From positions 2,784,001-2,848,000 of the forward strand of contig OZ242180.1 of assembly GCA_965205485.1 (NCBI GenBank): DNA of 64,000 bases, written 5' to 3'. The position numbers were made by a program, and so were the translations under genes. The notes under the pieces were generated by a model that saw only the letters and a program-made list of their open reading frames with translations, did no database searches and was not told where the DNA came from. This stretch comes from Candidatus Latescibacterota bacterium (lineage in GTDB: Bacteria; Latescibacterota; UBA2968; GCA-2709665). Shown in pieces: positions 45,873 through 56,254 of this stretch (its first letter is position 1; every line of letters begins with the position of its first letter).

Positions 45873-48158
45873 CTAAGAGTTATCAAGAATCACGACCGCG
45901 ACGATGTCCCCGTCGTCCTGGTCCACGGCCAGGCCCACGTGCTTCCATTCGCCGTTCAGAATGCTTCGCCTCTGGGCCGCGCTGTGCATCATATAGGTAA
46001 ATACCTCTTCAACGGACGGACCCCGCGTATAACTCTCCGCACCCCAGGCCATCCGTTCGGTCACGGGGCCGCTTGACGACAAGACATCCCATAATCTCGC
46101 CCTGGCTGCATCCATCAGCCGTGGATGAGCCTCGAGGGCCGGCAGGCCCAGACGGCTGCGCGCGGCGTGGATCAATCCCGAAAGCCGGCTTCGGGCGTCG
46201 TCCGCGCCTCGAAACGGCAGAATCGCAAGGACCATCTTCTCAAGCGGCGACGGATTCCCAACGACCAGGGACCGGTCCGCGACAACGACGGACTCGCGTG
46301 GGAGTTGCGCCAGTACCTGAAAACGATAATGTCCGGACGCCGTAAGGACGCTTTCCGGGAACACACAGGAAAACCGACCTTCCTCCGGCTCGACGGTCAA
46401 TTCAGACACATTGCCGTCCGGCAGGCGGAAAATCGCCGCCAGCAGTCCGTCGACATCGGAAGTTAAAGCGCCCGCCACGCGCAGGCGATCCCCTGGCGGC
46501 AGTCTCCCGGGTGTTTCGTCGACGTCCGCGAGATCCTCCCTTATGGTTCCCCAATACCTGTAAGCGTTCACATAGGTCTTGATCCGCGTTCCGTCCGGAA
46601 ACTCCTCAACGTGGTTGCCTTCTGCGTCGCGCTGAAACCGCCGGCCGTCCGGAAACGTTTCCAGCCGGTTGCCATGGGCGTCGGTCTGTACCTCCCGTCC
46701 GTCGGGAAACACCTCGAGGCGGACGCCGTCCGCGCCCGTCTGGGCCTCGCGCCCGTCAGGGAACACTTCGACGGTCAACCCGTCCGCGTGTCGCTCGACG
46801 CGGGTGCCGTCAGGTTTCTCAATGACAGAGGAGCCGTCCCTGAATGACGTTCGCCTGGTCCCGTCGATAAATACCTCCACCCGCTCGCCGTCCGGTCCGC
46901 GCTGCACCCTCCGCCCGTCGGCGAATTCCTCGAGTACCGTTCCGTCCTGTGTCCGGGTAAGTCTTCGCCCGTTCGGGAACACGGTGACCCGGTGACCCTC
47001 ACCGGTTACGGCGACGATTCGGCCGTCCGCATAACGGGTCTCCGTCATCCCCTCGGGAAAGGTCATCTCCACAGTTCCATTCGTGCGCCTGACGTGGAGG
47101 GTGCCGTCCTCGAATCGCGTCCTCTCGCTGCCGTCAGAAAAAATCGTCCGCCTGGTTCCGGTCTTGAAGTGCTGGACGATACGTCCGTCCGAAAAACGCT
47201 CTTCCCGGTTGCCGTCCGCAAATACGGCGGCGATGCTTCCGTCGGGATGCGTCACACGTACGTTTCCCCTCGCATCCGTCATTTCGATCCTGCCGTCGGC
47301 ATAGCGATTTTCGCGCGATCCGTCCGGCAATTCAACTTCCACCCGGCCGTCCGGGAACACCATTCGCTGTCTGCCGTCCGGAAATGTCGTCCACACCCGT
47401 CCGTCCTTGTAATTTCGTCTGCGCATGCCCGGGCCGGGCGTCGTCCTGCTCCTGGGTTTCGGCCACACGCCCGCCAGTACCCGCAGATACCCATCGGGTG
47501 GCATCTCGGCACGTACCCCGGACCGGTGGCGGAGTCTGGGAAATATGCTCTGGTGGACGCCCACGGCATCTTCCAAAATCATTTCGTTCTTTGCCGGGCT
47601 TCCCGCGGGCAAGGCCAATTCGTCGTAGACATCGGGATGCAGATGCAGGTACAGATACTGAAACCTGCCCAAGGATTCGCCTTTCTCGCTTCCGACGACC
47701 GTGCCTGTACCAATCACGGAAGCAACCATCACGCCCGAGTCGGTCCGGCCTTCGGCCAGCCACGCCTCCGGAGCCCGATATTCTCTTTCCTTCCAATGAA
47801 TGTTCAGGTTTTCTACAGGCCGTATTTTATCCATCTGCACCGCGTAAGTCCGATACGGGACGAAGATCAGGTCCCCTGCAAAGACCACGGGTGACGATAC
47901 CAGAGGCCACCACGACCGGCTCGTCTCCTCGCTGGTCACGCTGTCCCGCAATACCCGGATCAACCTCCCCTCCGGCACGACCGCTTCCGCCGTGTATCCG
48001 CCGCCGGCCTCTACGTAATCGGCCACGGTCCATTCCGGATTGTGTGGGTATGGTCCCGGGCGCGCCACTGCGCCGGACAGGGTAACCGCCGCCTCTTTCT
48101 CCGCACACGCGGACAGAAGGACGGCCAGAGCCATCCAGACCGGCGGGTTGACGTTCAT
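45873..48158 (-). CDS. Lipoprotein with an SLBB domain, a long 9-aa (FPDG) beta-repeat region and a C-terminal CAP/SCP-like domain
   Basis: Lipobox LLSAC; VTLSGAVARPGPY...AGG SLBB; 31 x 9-aa repeats; IHAARSRLGLPAL...LMDAAR...MHSAAQRRSIL...HVGLAV CAP-like tail. Confidence 0.8.
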   Translation of the reverse strand: MNVNPPVWMALAVLLSACAEKEAAVTLSGAVARPGPYPHNPEWTVADYVEAGGGYTAEAVVPEGRLIRVLRDSVTSEETSRSWWPLVSSPVVFAGDLIFVPYRTYAVQMDKIRPVENLNIHWKEREYRAPEAWLAEGRTDSGVMVASVIGTGTVVGSEKGESLGRFQYLYLHLHPDVYDELALPAGSPAKNEMILEDAVGVHQSIFPRLRHRSGVRAEMPPDGYLRVLAGVWPKPRSRTTPGPGMRRRNYKDGRVWTTFPDGRQRMVFPDGRVEVELPDGSRENRYADGRIEMTDARGNVRVTHPDGSIAAVFADGNREERFSDGRIVQHFKTGTRRTIFSDGSERTRFEDGTLHVRRTNGTVEMTFPEGMTETRYADGRIVAVTGEGHRVTVFPNGRRLTRTQDGTVLEEFADGRRVQRGPDGERVEVFIDGTRRTSFRDGSSVIEKPDGTRVERHADGLTVEVFPDGREAQTGADGVRLEVFPDGREVQTDAHGNRLETFPDGRRFQRDAEGNHVEEFPDGTRIKTYVNAYRYWGTIREDLADVDETPGRLPPGDRLRVAGALTSDVDGLLAAIFRLPDGNVSELTVEPEEGRFSCVFPESVLTASGHYRFQVLAQLPRESVVVADRSLVVGNPSPLEKMVLAILPFRGADDARSRLSGLIHAARSRLGLPALEAHPRLMDAARARLWDVLSSSGPVTERMAWGAESYTRGPSVEEVFTYMMHSAAQRRSILNGEWKHVGLAVDQDDGDIVAVVILDNS
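46590..47426 (-). repeat. 31 uninterrupted 27-bp (9-aa) coding repeats, consensus R-x-x-x-x-F-P-D-G
   Basis: Counted in translation from MRRRNYKDG to NHVEEFPDG; every unit ends in Gly and there are no indels. Confidence 0.85.
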
Positions 48159-48253
48159 GGATCGCTCCGCGGCAGGCCCTGTCGACTTCCCGTTTCTCTA
48201 GTTGTCATCGGATGCTCCCGTCCTGCTCCCTTGTCCCTGGAGTGAGGACCTGC

Positions 48254-50716
48254 CTACCTGATCGTCAATCTCGTGGTTCCGGTCGTCGTCTGTTCCGACA
48301 CCTCGTCCGTTACGGTCACCCGCAGGAACTTTTCTCCCGGATCGGATGCGGCCATGTCCAGCTCCACGTATCCCTGGTCGTCTTCACGGTTCCCGATGTG
48401 GGCGTATTCGATCGAAATCGACGCCTGATCGTGTTGACGGACATTCAGGAGTTTGCCGATTCCGCTTCGAATACGGGCGCCAACCGATTCGCTCAGCGCC
48501 GACCGCATTTCGTATGACACCCGGTAACGCGTGGCTCCGAACTCATCCCGCTTCAGATTATAGACTTCGTAGTAGATGAAAACCGATTGCCCGCGCTCAT
48601 ACGTCCTCGTGGGATTGGGCACGACCTGGATGTCTCCCTTTCGGAAGCGATCGTCCTTTGCGGGCTGGATGGACGCGGCCATCTGGATGCCGCTCAGCCT
48701 CAGATATCCGCGGGCGAATGACGGCAGCACGACCTGCTGCTCGTAGACCTGGGATCTGCCCGTAGCGGTATCGATCACCTGGACGGACATCCGGTACCTG
48801 CCTGGCGGCGCCGAAACGCGGAACATCTCCGGAGCGTACGCCCTGCGGGCGGTATCCGCCGCGACGTCTGAAAACAGTTCGAATTCTCCGTCTCTGCGCA
48901 GTACACGCTCGTTCGCATCGTTGTAGAGCGCCACGCCGTTTTTCAGTCGGGCCGTTGGCTTTCCGTCGAACCCCGGGGGGAAGGACAACTCCCATAGCGG
49001 AATTCCATAGTATACTTCGAGATTCGAAGCCTCCTGCGCCCCCTTGAAGCCCGCCGAGTCGAAGAAATACGCCAGCGGTCCCGTGGCGAATGTGGGCCGA
49101 TAAAGTGTGGGCACGCGACGACCCACGTGGTCCAGTTTCAATTTGGGATTCATGCGCTGCCACGTATACAGGTGGCGGGAGTGTCCGCCCTTCCCGCTGG
49201 GCATATCGGCAAATTTGAATGACGTCTGTCCCAGCGTGCGGGTGAAGGTAATCTCCATCCCGGGCCCCACGTCCGTATAGATCCAGTATTCCCACACCTT
49301 GCCTGACACCGGATAAACGGGCCAGCCCAGAATGCTGGACGTCATCCGCAATTTACCGGAAAGATCCCCCGAGCCGTCACTCAAAGGGATCGCCCGATAT
49401 CCGCCGGTCGCGTCCCGCGTGACGCCCGCCTCCTCCATCTCGCGCAGATTCTCGCTGACGGGCCCTAAAACACTCGCTTCGCCGAGATCTCCGTCCCTTC
49501 CTCCGTAGGAAGTCGTTTCGCTGTTTCGCACCCTTAGCATGTGGGATAGCGCGTCGCCGGCATGTAGTGCGATCCGTTCCTTAATCCTGATCGCTTTCGT
49601 GTCCGTTTCGAAGCGGATGTTCTCGGAACTGCTCACGTGGGCGGGACGGCCGTAGCGGACGTAGACGTCGCCGCGCACGTCCCACGGGAACCGGTCCTTT
49701 CCGAAGTGCTCCAGCGAGTAGGCCACGCGGCGGTAGTGCTCCAGCTTTCGTTCGTTTCCGTCCGTTGCCGGGGCCGGGTCACGACTGGCCCAGTACTTCT
49801 CGGAAAGCGCCTTCCATTTTGCCGGGGGCGCCGACTCGAACTTCTCCCGCTCCTCCTCCGCCACCTTGCGCAGGTCATAGTATACGGCCTGAGTGTCGGC
49901 CCCGAGGTTTTCGAGGTACCTGTCGAAAAGGACGTCGGCGCGGTCGAACTCGCGCTGTTTCAAGTAGGCTTCGGCAAGCGCCACGAGCGACCGCTGCTGC
50001 AGGGGATTGCCGGACTCCGCAAGCGGCGTGAGAACCGTTACGGCCTCATCGGCCCTCTCCAGTACCGTCAATACCTCCCCCAGATCCAGCCGCGCTTCCG
50101 CGTGATCCGGGTTGACCTCGAGTTGTCTCTGATAAGCCGATTCAGCCCTTTCTCTCTGGACGTACTCTCCCGCTTCTCCATTCTTGTAGATGCGACCGAT
50201 ACGAAACCAGACATCCGGATGCGCCGGCGCGATTTTCGAAAGTCGCCTGTACGCCATCAACTCTTTGGTGTCGCCAATCTCCCGGAACGCCCTGGCCAGA
50301 TTATAGTACGCCTCGGCATAGGTTCGGTCCACCGAAATCGCATCCTGGAAGTATTTGATTGCCCACTGCAACCCCTTTTCCTTTTGCATGTAAACCATCC
50401 CCAGCCCATTGTGGGCGGGTCCGTATTTCCTCTTCCGACGCCGGGCATCCATAAACGCGTCTTCGGCCTTATCCAGGTCGCCACGCTTCAGATACACGTG
50501 GCCGACGCCGACCAGGGAAGGCGCATGCTTGCTGTTGATTCCCAGTGCTTCTCTGAATTTCCGGAGCGCGGCGTCCGCGTTTCCAGCCTCGAACAATCGC
50601 ATGCCCTCTCCAAAAAGCCTCTCAACCGTCGTCCGGCGGGTATCGTCGGATTCGGTGGGGCCGCTGCTTGCCGTACTCAGAAAAACTGACAATCCGAAAG
50701 CAAGAATATATCTCAT
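48254..50716 (-). CDS. Secreted TPR + GWxTD-like domain protein
   Basis: Signal peptide MRYILAFGLSVFL; TPR helices; W..RDP.P.T..NE...EHYRRV and WDVRGDVYVRYGRP; C-terminal Ig-like domains. Confidence 0.8.
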   Translation of the reverse strand: MRYILAFGLSVFLSTASSGPTESDDTRRTTVERLFGEGMRLFEAGNADAALRKFREALGINSKHAPSLVGVGHVYLKRGDLDKAEDAFMDARRRKRKYGPAHNGLGMVYMQKEKGLQWAIKYFQDAISVDRTYAEAYYNLARAFREIGDTKELMAYRRLSKIAPAHPDVWFRIGRIYKNGEAGEYVQRERAESAYQRQLEVNPDHAEARLDLGEVLTVLERADEAVTVLTPLAESGNPLQQRSLVALAEAYLKQREFDRADVLFDRYLENLGADTQAVYYDLRKVAEEEREKFESAPPAKWKALSEKYWASRDPAPATDGNERKLEHYRRVAYSLEHFGKDRFPWDVRGDVYVRYGRPAHVSSSENIRFETDTKAIRIKERIALHAGDALSHMLRVRNSETTSYGGRDGDLGEASVLGPVSENLREMEEAGVTRDATGGYRAIPLSDGSGDLSGKLRMTSSILGWPVYPVSGKVWEYWIYTDVGPGMEITFTRTLGQTSFKFADMPSGKGGHSRHLYTWQRMNPKLKLDHVGRRVPTLYRPTFATGPLAYFFDSAGFKGAQEASNLEVYYGIPLWELSFPPGFDGKPTARLKNGVALYNDANERVLRRDGEFELFSDVAADTARRAYAPEMFRVSAPPGRYRMSVQVIDTATGRSQVYEQQVVLPSFARGYLRLSGIQMAASIQPAKDDRFRKGDIQVVPNPTRTYERGQSVFIYYEVYNLKRDEFGATRYRVSYEMRSALSESVGARIRSGIGKLLNVRQHDQASISIEYAHIGNREDDQGYVELDMAASDPGEKFLRVTVTDEVSEQTTTGTTRLTIR

Positions 50717-50932
50717 CTTGCGACCCTCCGCGCGGGAACGGGTACGGCGCGCCAGCGCCGGAGTTTCCGCCAGGCATCGACCGTCGACCCCGGGCACCAA
50801 CTTACGCAATGTGGCGCCATGAGCGGGACAGTTGATCACGTACCCATGAAAGACACGATGCCGCGGGTGACGGTTCCCTGAGATATCGCCGGTCGCGTCA
50901 CGTTGTGCCAACCTCTACGGGGTCGGGCCAGC

Positions 50933-51796
50933 TCAACGCCATCGAAGTGGACCCATCTCCGGGGCGCGCGCCACGTCGCTCAGTTCGGTCATGGTCGCGG
51001 CGCCGCTGGAAACCGTGCTGACCCTCGCGTCGGCGAGGACGTACCGGAACGCACTGAGCGCGACCGTCCCTGGCTCGTCCCGGAGGCGTTCGATAATCAC
51101 TTCCGCGTTGGCGCGTTCGGCGGGATCCTGCAGGTTTTCGAGCGCTGCCTCTCGCCGGGGCTCGTCGGAGAAAAGCCCTCCGGCGAGTACGGTGGCAACG
51201 ACAATGCCCATCCCGCTTGCGGCTGCCGCCGGTAAAACCGCTTCGGCGGCCTTCTGCGAGCAGGGGTGGTAATCGTGAAAGACGAGCAGGGTGTCGAACT
51301 CATCCGTTCCGGCGAGTTTCGCCAGCAGGGGGATGGCCCGGTCCGTTATGCCGATATGGTCGCACAGGCCTCGCTTCTGAGCCTCCCGAAGCCCCTCGAG
51401 GGTCCCGCCCCGTTCCATGACGCGTTCCCATCCGGCTTCGCTCACCTGATGGATCTGCGCCGAAAAAAGCCTCGATATTCGCAGCCGCTTCAGGCTTCGT
51501 TCGAGGCTTCGCAAAACGCTGTCGCTGCGATAGTCGAAGTCTTTGGGGTCATATCCGACCTTTGTGGCGACGTGCATGCGCGCCTTCGCGGCTTCGAGGG
51601 CATAGCCGAACAGCGCTTCGCTCCTGCCGTAAAGGGGCGCGGTGTCGATATAGTTGATTCCCAGTTCGTTCGCACGCTGGACGATCTCGACCGCGTTTTC
51701 CAGCTCGCGATCGGGATCCGGCCCTCCGATGTACGCGCCGCCCAGGCTGACCTCGCTGACCCGGATACCAGTCTTGCCGAATTCGCGGTATTGCAT
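50933..51796 (-). CDS. Aldo/keto reductase
   Basis: REFGKTGIRVS, GINYIDTAPLYG.SE, ATKV and SLKRL. Confidence 0.9.
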   Translation of the reverse strand: MQYREFGKTGIRVSEVSLGGAYIGGPDPDRELENAVEIVQRANELGINYIDTAPLYGRSEALFGYALEAAKARMHVATKVGYDPKDFDYRSDSVLRSLERSLKRLRISRLFSAQIHQVSEAGWERVMERGGTLEGLREAQKRGLCDHIGITDRAIPLLAKLAGTDEFDTLLVFHDYHPCSQKAAEAVLPAAAASGMGIVVATVLAGGLFSDEPRREAALENLQDPAERANAEVIIERLRDEPGTVALSAFRYVLADARVSTVSSGAATMTELSDVARAPEMGPLRWR

Positions 51797-52040
51797 GTTT
51801 CCTCCTTCCTGCTTGATTCAAGCCAAAAGATAGCCGAATGACGGTGGTCACGCAAGGTATCGGGGGTCCAGACATGGAGGGTGAAGAGTTCCTCGCGCGC
51901 CCTGTCTATGCGACTGCCGAATAGGTACGACTACACATTGGACCTTAAACTGGCTATATTTCTGCGACCCTGTGTTGTTACGGCTTATTGACCGCCCTCG
52001 CGCCCGCAGGTGCGTCAGGGCGCGAAAAAGGAACGTAGAA

Positions 52041-55000
52041 ATGGTTTCGCGCGCGGTTGTCCTTCTCCTTCTCCTTTCATCTGCGACAACGTCCCTCCAC
52101 GCGAATCCCGCGTCAATCCCGCCGGTGTATGACAGCCTCAAGGATCTGCACCTGAACACCGTACTGGTGGAGAATGGCCGGGCGGTTGCGACGATCGTGG
52201 TTCCCGCCAATGGGATGTACGACGCTGAAGCGGCGCGTATCCAGCGGGCTATTCTTGAACGGACCGGTGTACAGGTTCCCCTGACGCAGGACGATTCGCC
52301 CGCCGTTTCGGTGCCGATCGCGGAAAACCTGATATTGCTGGGCAACAGGTCCACGAACCGGACGATTTCCAAGCTGTACGATCGATATTACACGTTGCTG
52401 GACCTGAAATATCCCGGACCGGGCGGTTACGTCGTGCGTTCTCTACACAATCCCTTCGGCAACGGTCGCAATGTGATTGCGGTGGGCGGGAGCGATGCCG
52501 CCGGGGTGGGCCTGGCGGCAGATGTCTTTATGCGAAAAGTCGCCGAAAGCGCCGGCAATGGCGCCGGCCTGTCGGTCGGCTGGATGATGGAGATCCGCCT
52601 TGGAAAAGCGGTGCAGGTACCGGAAGCGCTCCAGCAATTCGAGACCTGGGAGGCTTCCGCGGGTTACCGTTCCGTGGGGTATTTCGGGTGGAACAGCATC
52701 AGCAAACACATGGCGATGTACTATATGACCGGCCAGGAACGCCATGCTCGGGAGTTTCTCCGGCTGGCGTTTCCGGACGACGCGGCGAAGGCCCAGATCG
52801 CGGCGATCGACGGTGAACGGATAGAGAACAAGGATGAGCCCCTCAGCGGTCCGTACCATTACACGGCGCATATGCTGGTTCTCTACTGGGACCTGATCGA
52901 GGAAAGCCCGGTCTTCACGAACGAACAACGGCTGCGGATCACCAACGCGTTTGCGAAGCAGTTTTCGCACGATCCCTACGGCCAGAGCCGGACCGCCATG
53001 ATCGTACGAAACCTGGATATGGGAAGAGAGGCCTATAACCCGCCGCCCGCAGGCGTCGGAACGCGGCACCACCAGTGGGCCGCCATTGCGCTCTACTGCC
53101 TTGGCCGGTACTTCCAGAAGGATTACCCGCACCCTCTGTGGCAGCACTGTATCTGGGCGGCTGAATGGCAATTCTCACCATTGCGCCACCACGCGTGGGT
53201 GATGGGCGAAGCCGACAACCTGTATTGGTACAGCACCGGCATCGCCCCGATTCTCACCTATATGCTCATCTCGGGGGACCGCGCGGCGTTGGAGAACGGC
53301 GTCCTGAAGACACTACTGAGGGGGCAGGAGATGCTGATATCCGGGCGCGAGCCCGACTGGGCCCTACGCTACGCGTCCATCGGATACCTTCACAAAGCCG
53401 CGTATCTGACAGGTGACGGGAGATATCTGGAATACGCACGCCGGACCGGGGTGAACCTGGACGAGTTCCGGCTGGGGCAGTCCTTCTGGCCGGAGTCCGG
53501 CCTGGCTCCGGTCCAGCCGGCCGATCTTGTCCAAAGGTGGAGCGTCCTGGAGTTGCCGGAGCCAATGTGGAAACGACGCGCGAGCGGGCTGCCGCTTTCG
53601 GACTCGTTTCAATTCGGGAGCTTTCGCAGCGCCACCGACGCTACGGGCGATTTTATCCTGATCGACGGGCTGAACGGAGCGTCCCGGAATCCCTACCACT
53701 CGTTCGCGGTCCTGGAGCTCCGCCTCGACGGAGAAACAGTACTCCAGGGCTACGGGAATCAGGTGCTCACGGGTGCCGACGGGCTGGTGGCGCCGCGCAG
53801 CCCGATGGACGCGGCGCTGCGTTATCGGGACGTCGTGGGCCGGACGGCCGTCGCCGTCGCCGAGGTTCCCGATGCGTCGTTCTGCAGCTGGCGCCGCGCC
53901 CTGGCGCACCGGGAAGGACGGTATGCGCTGTTTATGGACAGGCTGAAGTTCCGGGTGGACAGCGCGAATCTCGAAGTCAGAACCCAATGGACGGCGCCGG
54001 GCCGATGGCGTACGGCTTCAGCGGGCGGCGAGTCGCACATCGAGACCGGCGGCAATCGCTTTGGTATCCGGGCCTCCGATCCCGTCGAGATCACACTGAA
54101 CGGGAGAACCGCAACCCTGGCCTGGACGGGCGCCGTATCGTCCGATGAAGAACGCGCGTTCTTTTCGCTGATTGCCGCGGCCGGTGCGGATGGGGCCCCG
54201 GTCTCCTGTCTGCGGCTTGGAACGCGGGCGGCAGTACTCGGCCTTCCGGCGCCGGCCATCGCCGTCGACGGAGAATACGGCGGCATTCAGGGCGACGTGG
54301 TCCTGCTGGCCGGCGATCACCTCTTCGGGAAGGACTTGAAAACCGCAGGGTTGGAGGGGGATCTGATCAGTGCGGACGAGCCGGTCGATCTGGACTGGGA
54401 CTTTCAGTCGGGATCGGCGGTACTCACGACAGCGGGAGAGACACGCATCCGGGCGGCGTTCTCGGAACCGGCTGACGTCCTGCTGGATGGCGTTCCGCTC
54501 TCTGTCCTGGCGTTTTCCGATAGCGGCGCCGTGTTCGATGTGCCGGAGGGTCGGCACGAATTGACTGGCGCGATTCCCAATCCCAATCTGCTCTCCGAAA
54601 CGATCGAGCGGCTCAGCGGGATGTTGTCGCAGGCCCGGACGGAACGCCGCCGGAGCGCGGAAAACCCTGGTGTTCCTGCAACGCCGGAAGGTCCGCCCGC
54701 GCCTCTGTTTCTGAGGACACGGACCGGCGGCGCCGTGACGGACATGATTTCCTTCGCGTCTGAGGGCGAGAGGTGGATCGGCGTCGCGACGGAAAGAGGG
54801 GTACATCTGCTGGCGCGGGATGGCAGGGACGGCCGGTTTTTCCGCACGGACGCCCCGATCCGGGTGATGGCCTGGTGGGATGCCTTCCAGTTGTTGCTTG
54901 TGGGGTGCAGGGATGAACAGGTAATCGCGTTCGACCTGGAAGGAAGGCGCCGCTGGACGTTCGTGTCCGAAATGCACCCGGCGGTCTACCGGGCCGGGAA

Positions 55001-56159
55001 GACCTACTGGTTCAAGACGGCGCCGGGCCACGAGGGGATCCACGGGCTGCATACGGGCATCTTTCGAAACGGGAAGAGCCAGGCATTCGTGGGAAGCGCG
55101 TGTACGCTGGAAATTCTGAACGGCAGGGGAGAGCTGGAGGAGAGGCTTCCGGTGTTCTGGGGGCCCGGAACCCGGTTCGCACTGATAGAGAGCCCCCGAG
55201 GCGGCACGGATCTCCTGGTTGCAAGACAGCCCACGGATTCGCACGCGCTATCGGTGGTGAACAGCCGATCGTTGCAGGTGACCCGGGGCCGCTTCGCCGG
55301 GGTTCCCGCGGGGCACACGTATATTGGGGGATGGGCCTCGATGAGCCGGAAACACATCTTCTACGAAGACCTGGACGCGGACGGGGCGAGAGAGGTGATC
55401 AGCGAGATCAACGGCACGTGGAACCGGGTGACCGTGTGGAACGCAAACGGCGCAGCCCTGTACAACGCGAACTTCGGCCCGGGAAATCGGATTCCCGCTC
55501 AGAATATGCGCGACCTGGATATCGGGGACCTGGACGGTGACGGGAAGAAGGAAATCGTGGCGGCGACGTCCACGGGGCTCGTGGTCGCGCTGGATGCGCG
55601 GTGCGATCGAGTGTGGACACGCCGGCTTCACAGCCCGCCCACGGTGCTGGCGTTCGTGCGCGCCAGTGACGCGTCGTGGGTGGTGACCGGCTGCGAGGAC
55701 GGCAGCATCGTGATGTTGGATGGATCCGGAGAGGTCCGTGGCCTCGGAAGGGTGTCGGGAAAGCCCACCCGCATCCTGAGAATCGGAGATGGCGCGGTGA
55801 TCGGGACCGATACGGGCGAGGTGACGGGATGGAAGATCGGCGGCCGCTTTCTGAGCGACGCTCCGGCCGAACCCGTGGAATACGCCCTGCATCAGAGTTT
55901 CCCGAACCCGTTCAACAGCGAGTGCCAGATCGCCTACCAGTTGCCCGGCTCCGGCGACGTCTCGCTGGTCGTCTTCAATCTGCTCGGACAACGGATCCGC
56001 GTTCTGGTAGAGGGAGAACGGCAGGCCGGATATTACCAGGTGACCTGGGACGGGAGGGACGACGCGGGCAGGGAAGTGTCCAGCGGCGTCTACTGCAGCC
56101 GCCTGGAGGTGGATGGCGGCAAGTTTACCGCTGTTCGGAAAATGGTACTGTTGAAGTAA
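52041..56159 (+). CDS. Large secreted multidomain protein (possible polysaccharide-active enzyme) with an FG-GAP-like propeller and a C-terminal FlgD-Ig/T9SS-like sorting domain
   Basis: Signal peptide; DLDADGAREVI and DLDGDGKKEIV; terminal LHQSFPNPFN...WDGRD..G..VSSGVY...KMVLLK. Confidence 0.8.
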   Translation: MVSRAVVLLLLLSSATTSLHANPASIPPVYDSLKDLHLNTVLVENGRAVATIVVPANGMYDAEAARIQRAILERTGVQVPLTQDDSPAVSVPIAENLILLGNRSTNRTISKLYDRYYTLLDLKYPGPGGYVVRSLHNPFGNGRNVIAVGGSDAAGVGLAADVFMRKVAESAGNGAGLSVGWMMEIRLGKAVQVPEALQQFETWEASAGYRSVGYFGWNSISKHMAMYYMTGQERHAREFLRLAFPDDAAKAQIAAIDGERIENKDEPLSGPYHYTAHMLVLYWDLIEESPVFTNEQRLRITNAFAKQFSHDPYGQSRTAMIVRNLDMGREAYNPPPAGVGTRHHQWAAIALYCLGRYFQKDYPHPLWQHCIWAAEWQFSPLRHHAWVMGEADNLYWYSTGIAPILTYMLISGDRAALENGVLKTLLRGQEMLISGREPDWALRYASIGYLHKAAYLTGDGRYLEYARRTGVNLDEFRLGQSFWPESGLAPVQPADLVQRWSVLELPEPMWKRRASGLPLSDSFQFGSFRSATDATGDFILIDGLNGASRNPYHSFAVLELRLDGETVLQGYGNQVLTGADGLVAPRSPMDAALRYRDVVGRTAVAVAEVPDASFCSWRRALAHREGRYALFMDRLKFRVDSANLEVRTQWTAPGRWRTASAGGESHIETGGNRFGIRASDPVEITLNGRTATLAWTGAVSSDEERAFFSLIAAAGADGAPVSCLRLGTRAAVLGLPAPAIAVDGEYGGIQGDVVLLAGDHLFGKDLKTAGLEGDLISADEPVDLDWDFQSGSAVLTTAGETRIRAAFSEPADVLLDGVPLSVLAFSDSGAVFDVPEGRHELTGAIPNPNLLSETIERLSGMLSQARTERRRSAENPGVPATPEGPPAPLFLRTRTGGAVTDMISFASEGERWIGVATERGVHLLARDGRDGRFFRTDAPIRVMAWWDAFQLLLVGCRDEQVIAFDLEGRRRWTFVSEMHPAVYRAGKTYWFKTAPGHEGIHGLHTGIFRNGKSQAFVGSACTLEILNGRGELEERLPVFWGPGTRFALIESPRGGTDLLVARQPTDSHALSVVNSRSLQVTRGRFAGVPAGHTYIGGWASMSRKHIFYEDLDADGAREVISEINGTWNRVTVWNANGAALYNANFGPGNRIPAQNMRDLDIGDLDGDGKKEIVAATSTGLVVALDARCDRVWTRRLHSPPTVLAFVRASDASWVVTGCEDGSIVMLDGSGEVRGLGRVSGKPTRILRIGDGAVIGTDTGEVTGWKIGGRFLSDAPAEPVEYALHQSFPNPFNSECQIAYQLPGSGDVSLVVFNLLGQRIRVLVEGERQAGYYQVTWDGRDDAGREVSSGVYCSRLEVDGGKFTAVRKMVLLK

Positions 56160-56254
56160 TTTTCCGCCAGGAATTGCGATGATTTCGTGGAAGGCTGAAT
56201 CCGGATCCGGTTCGACCGCGAAAGGGGAGAATTCGCGCAACAGCGTTCGCCGGG

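Noticed and set aside
46590..47426. Possible CRISPR array or DNA-level tandem repeat
   Set aside because: The 27-bp period is conserved at the protein level with degenerate codons, and there is no repeat-spacer structure and no cas gene.
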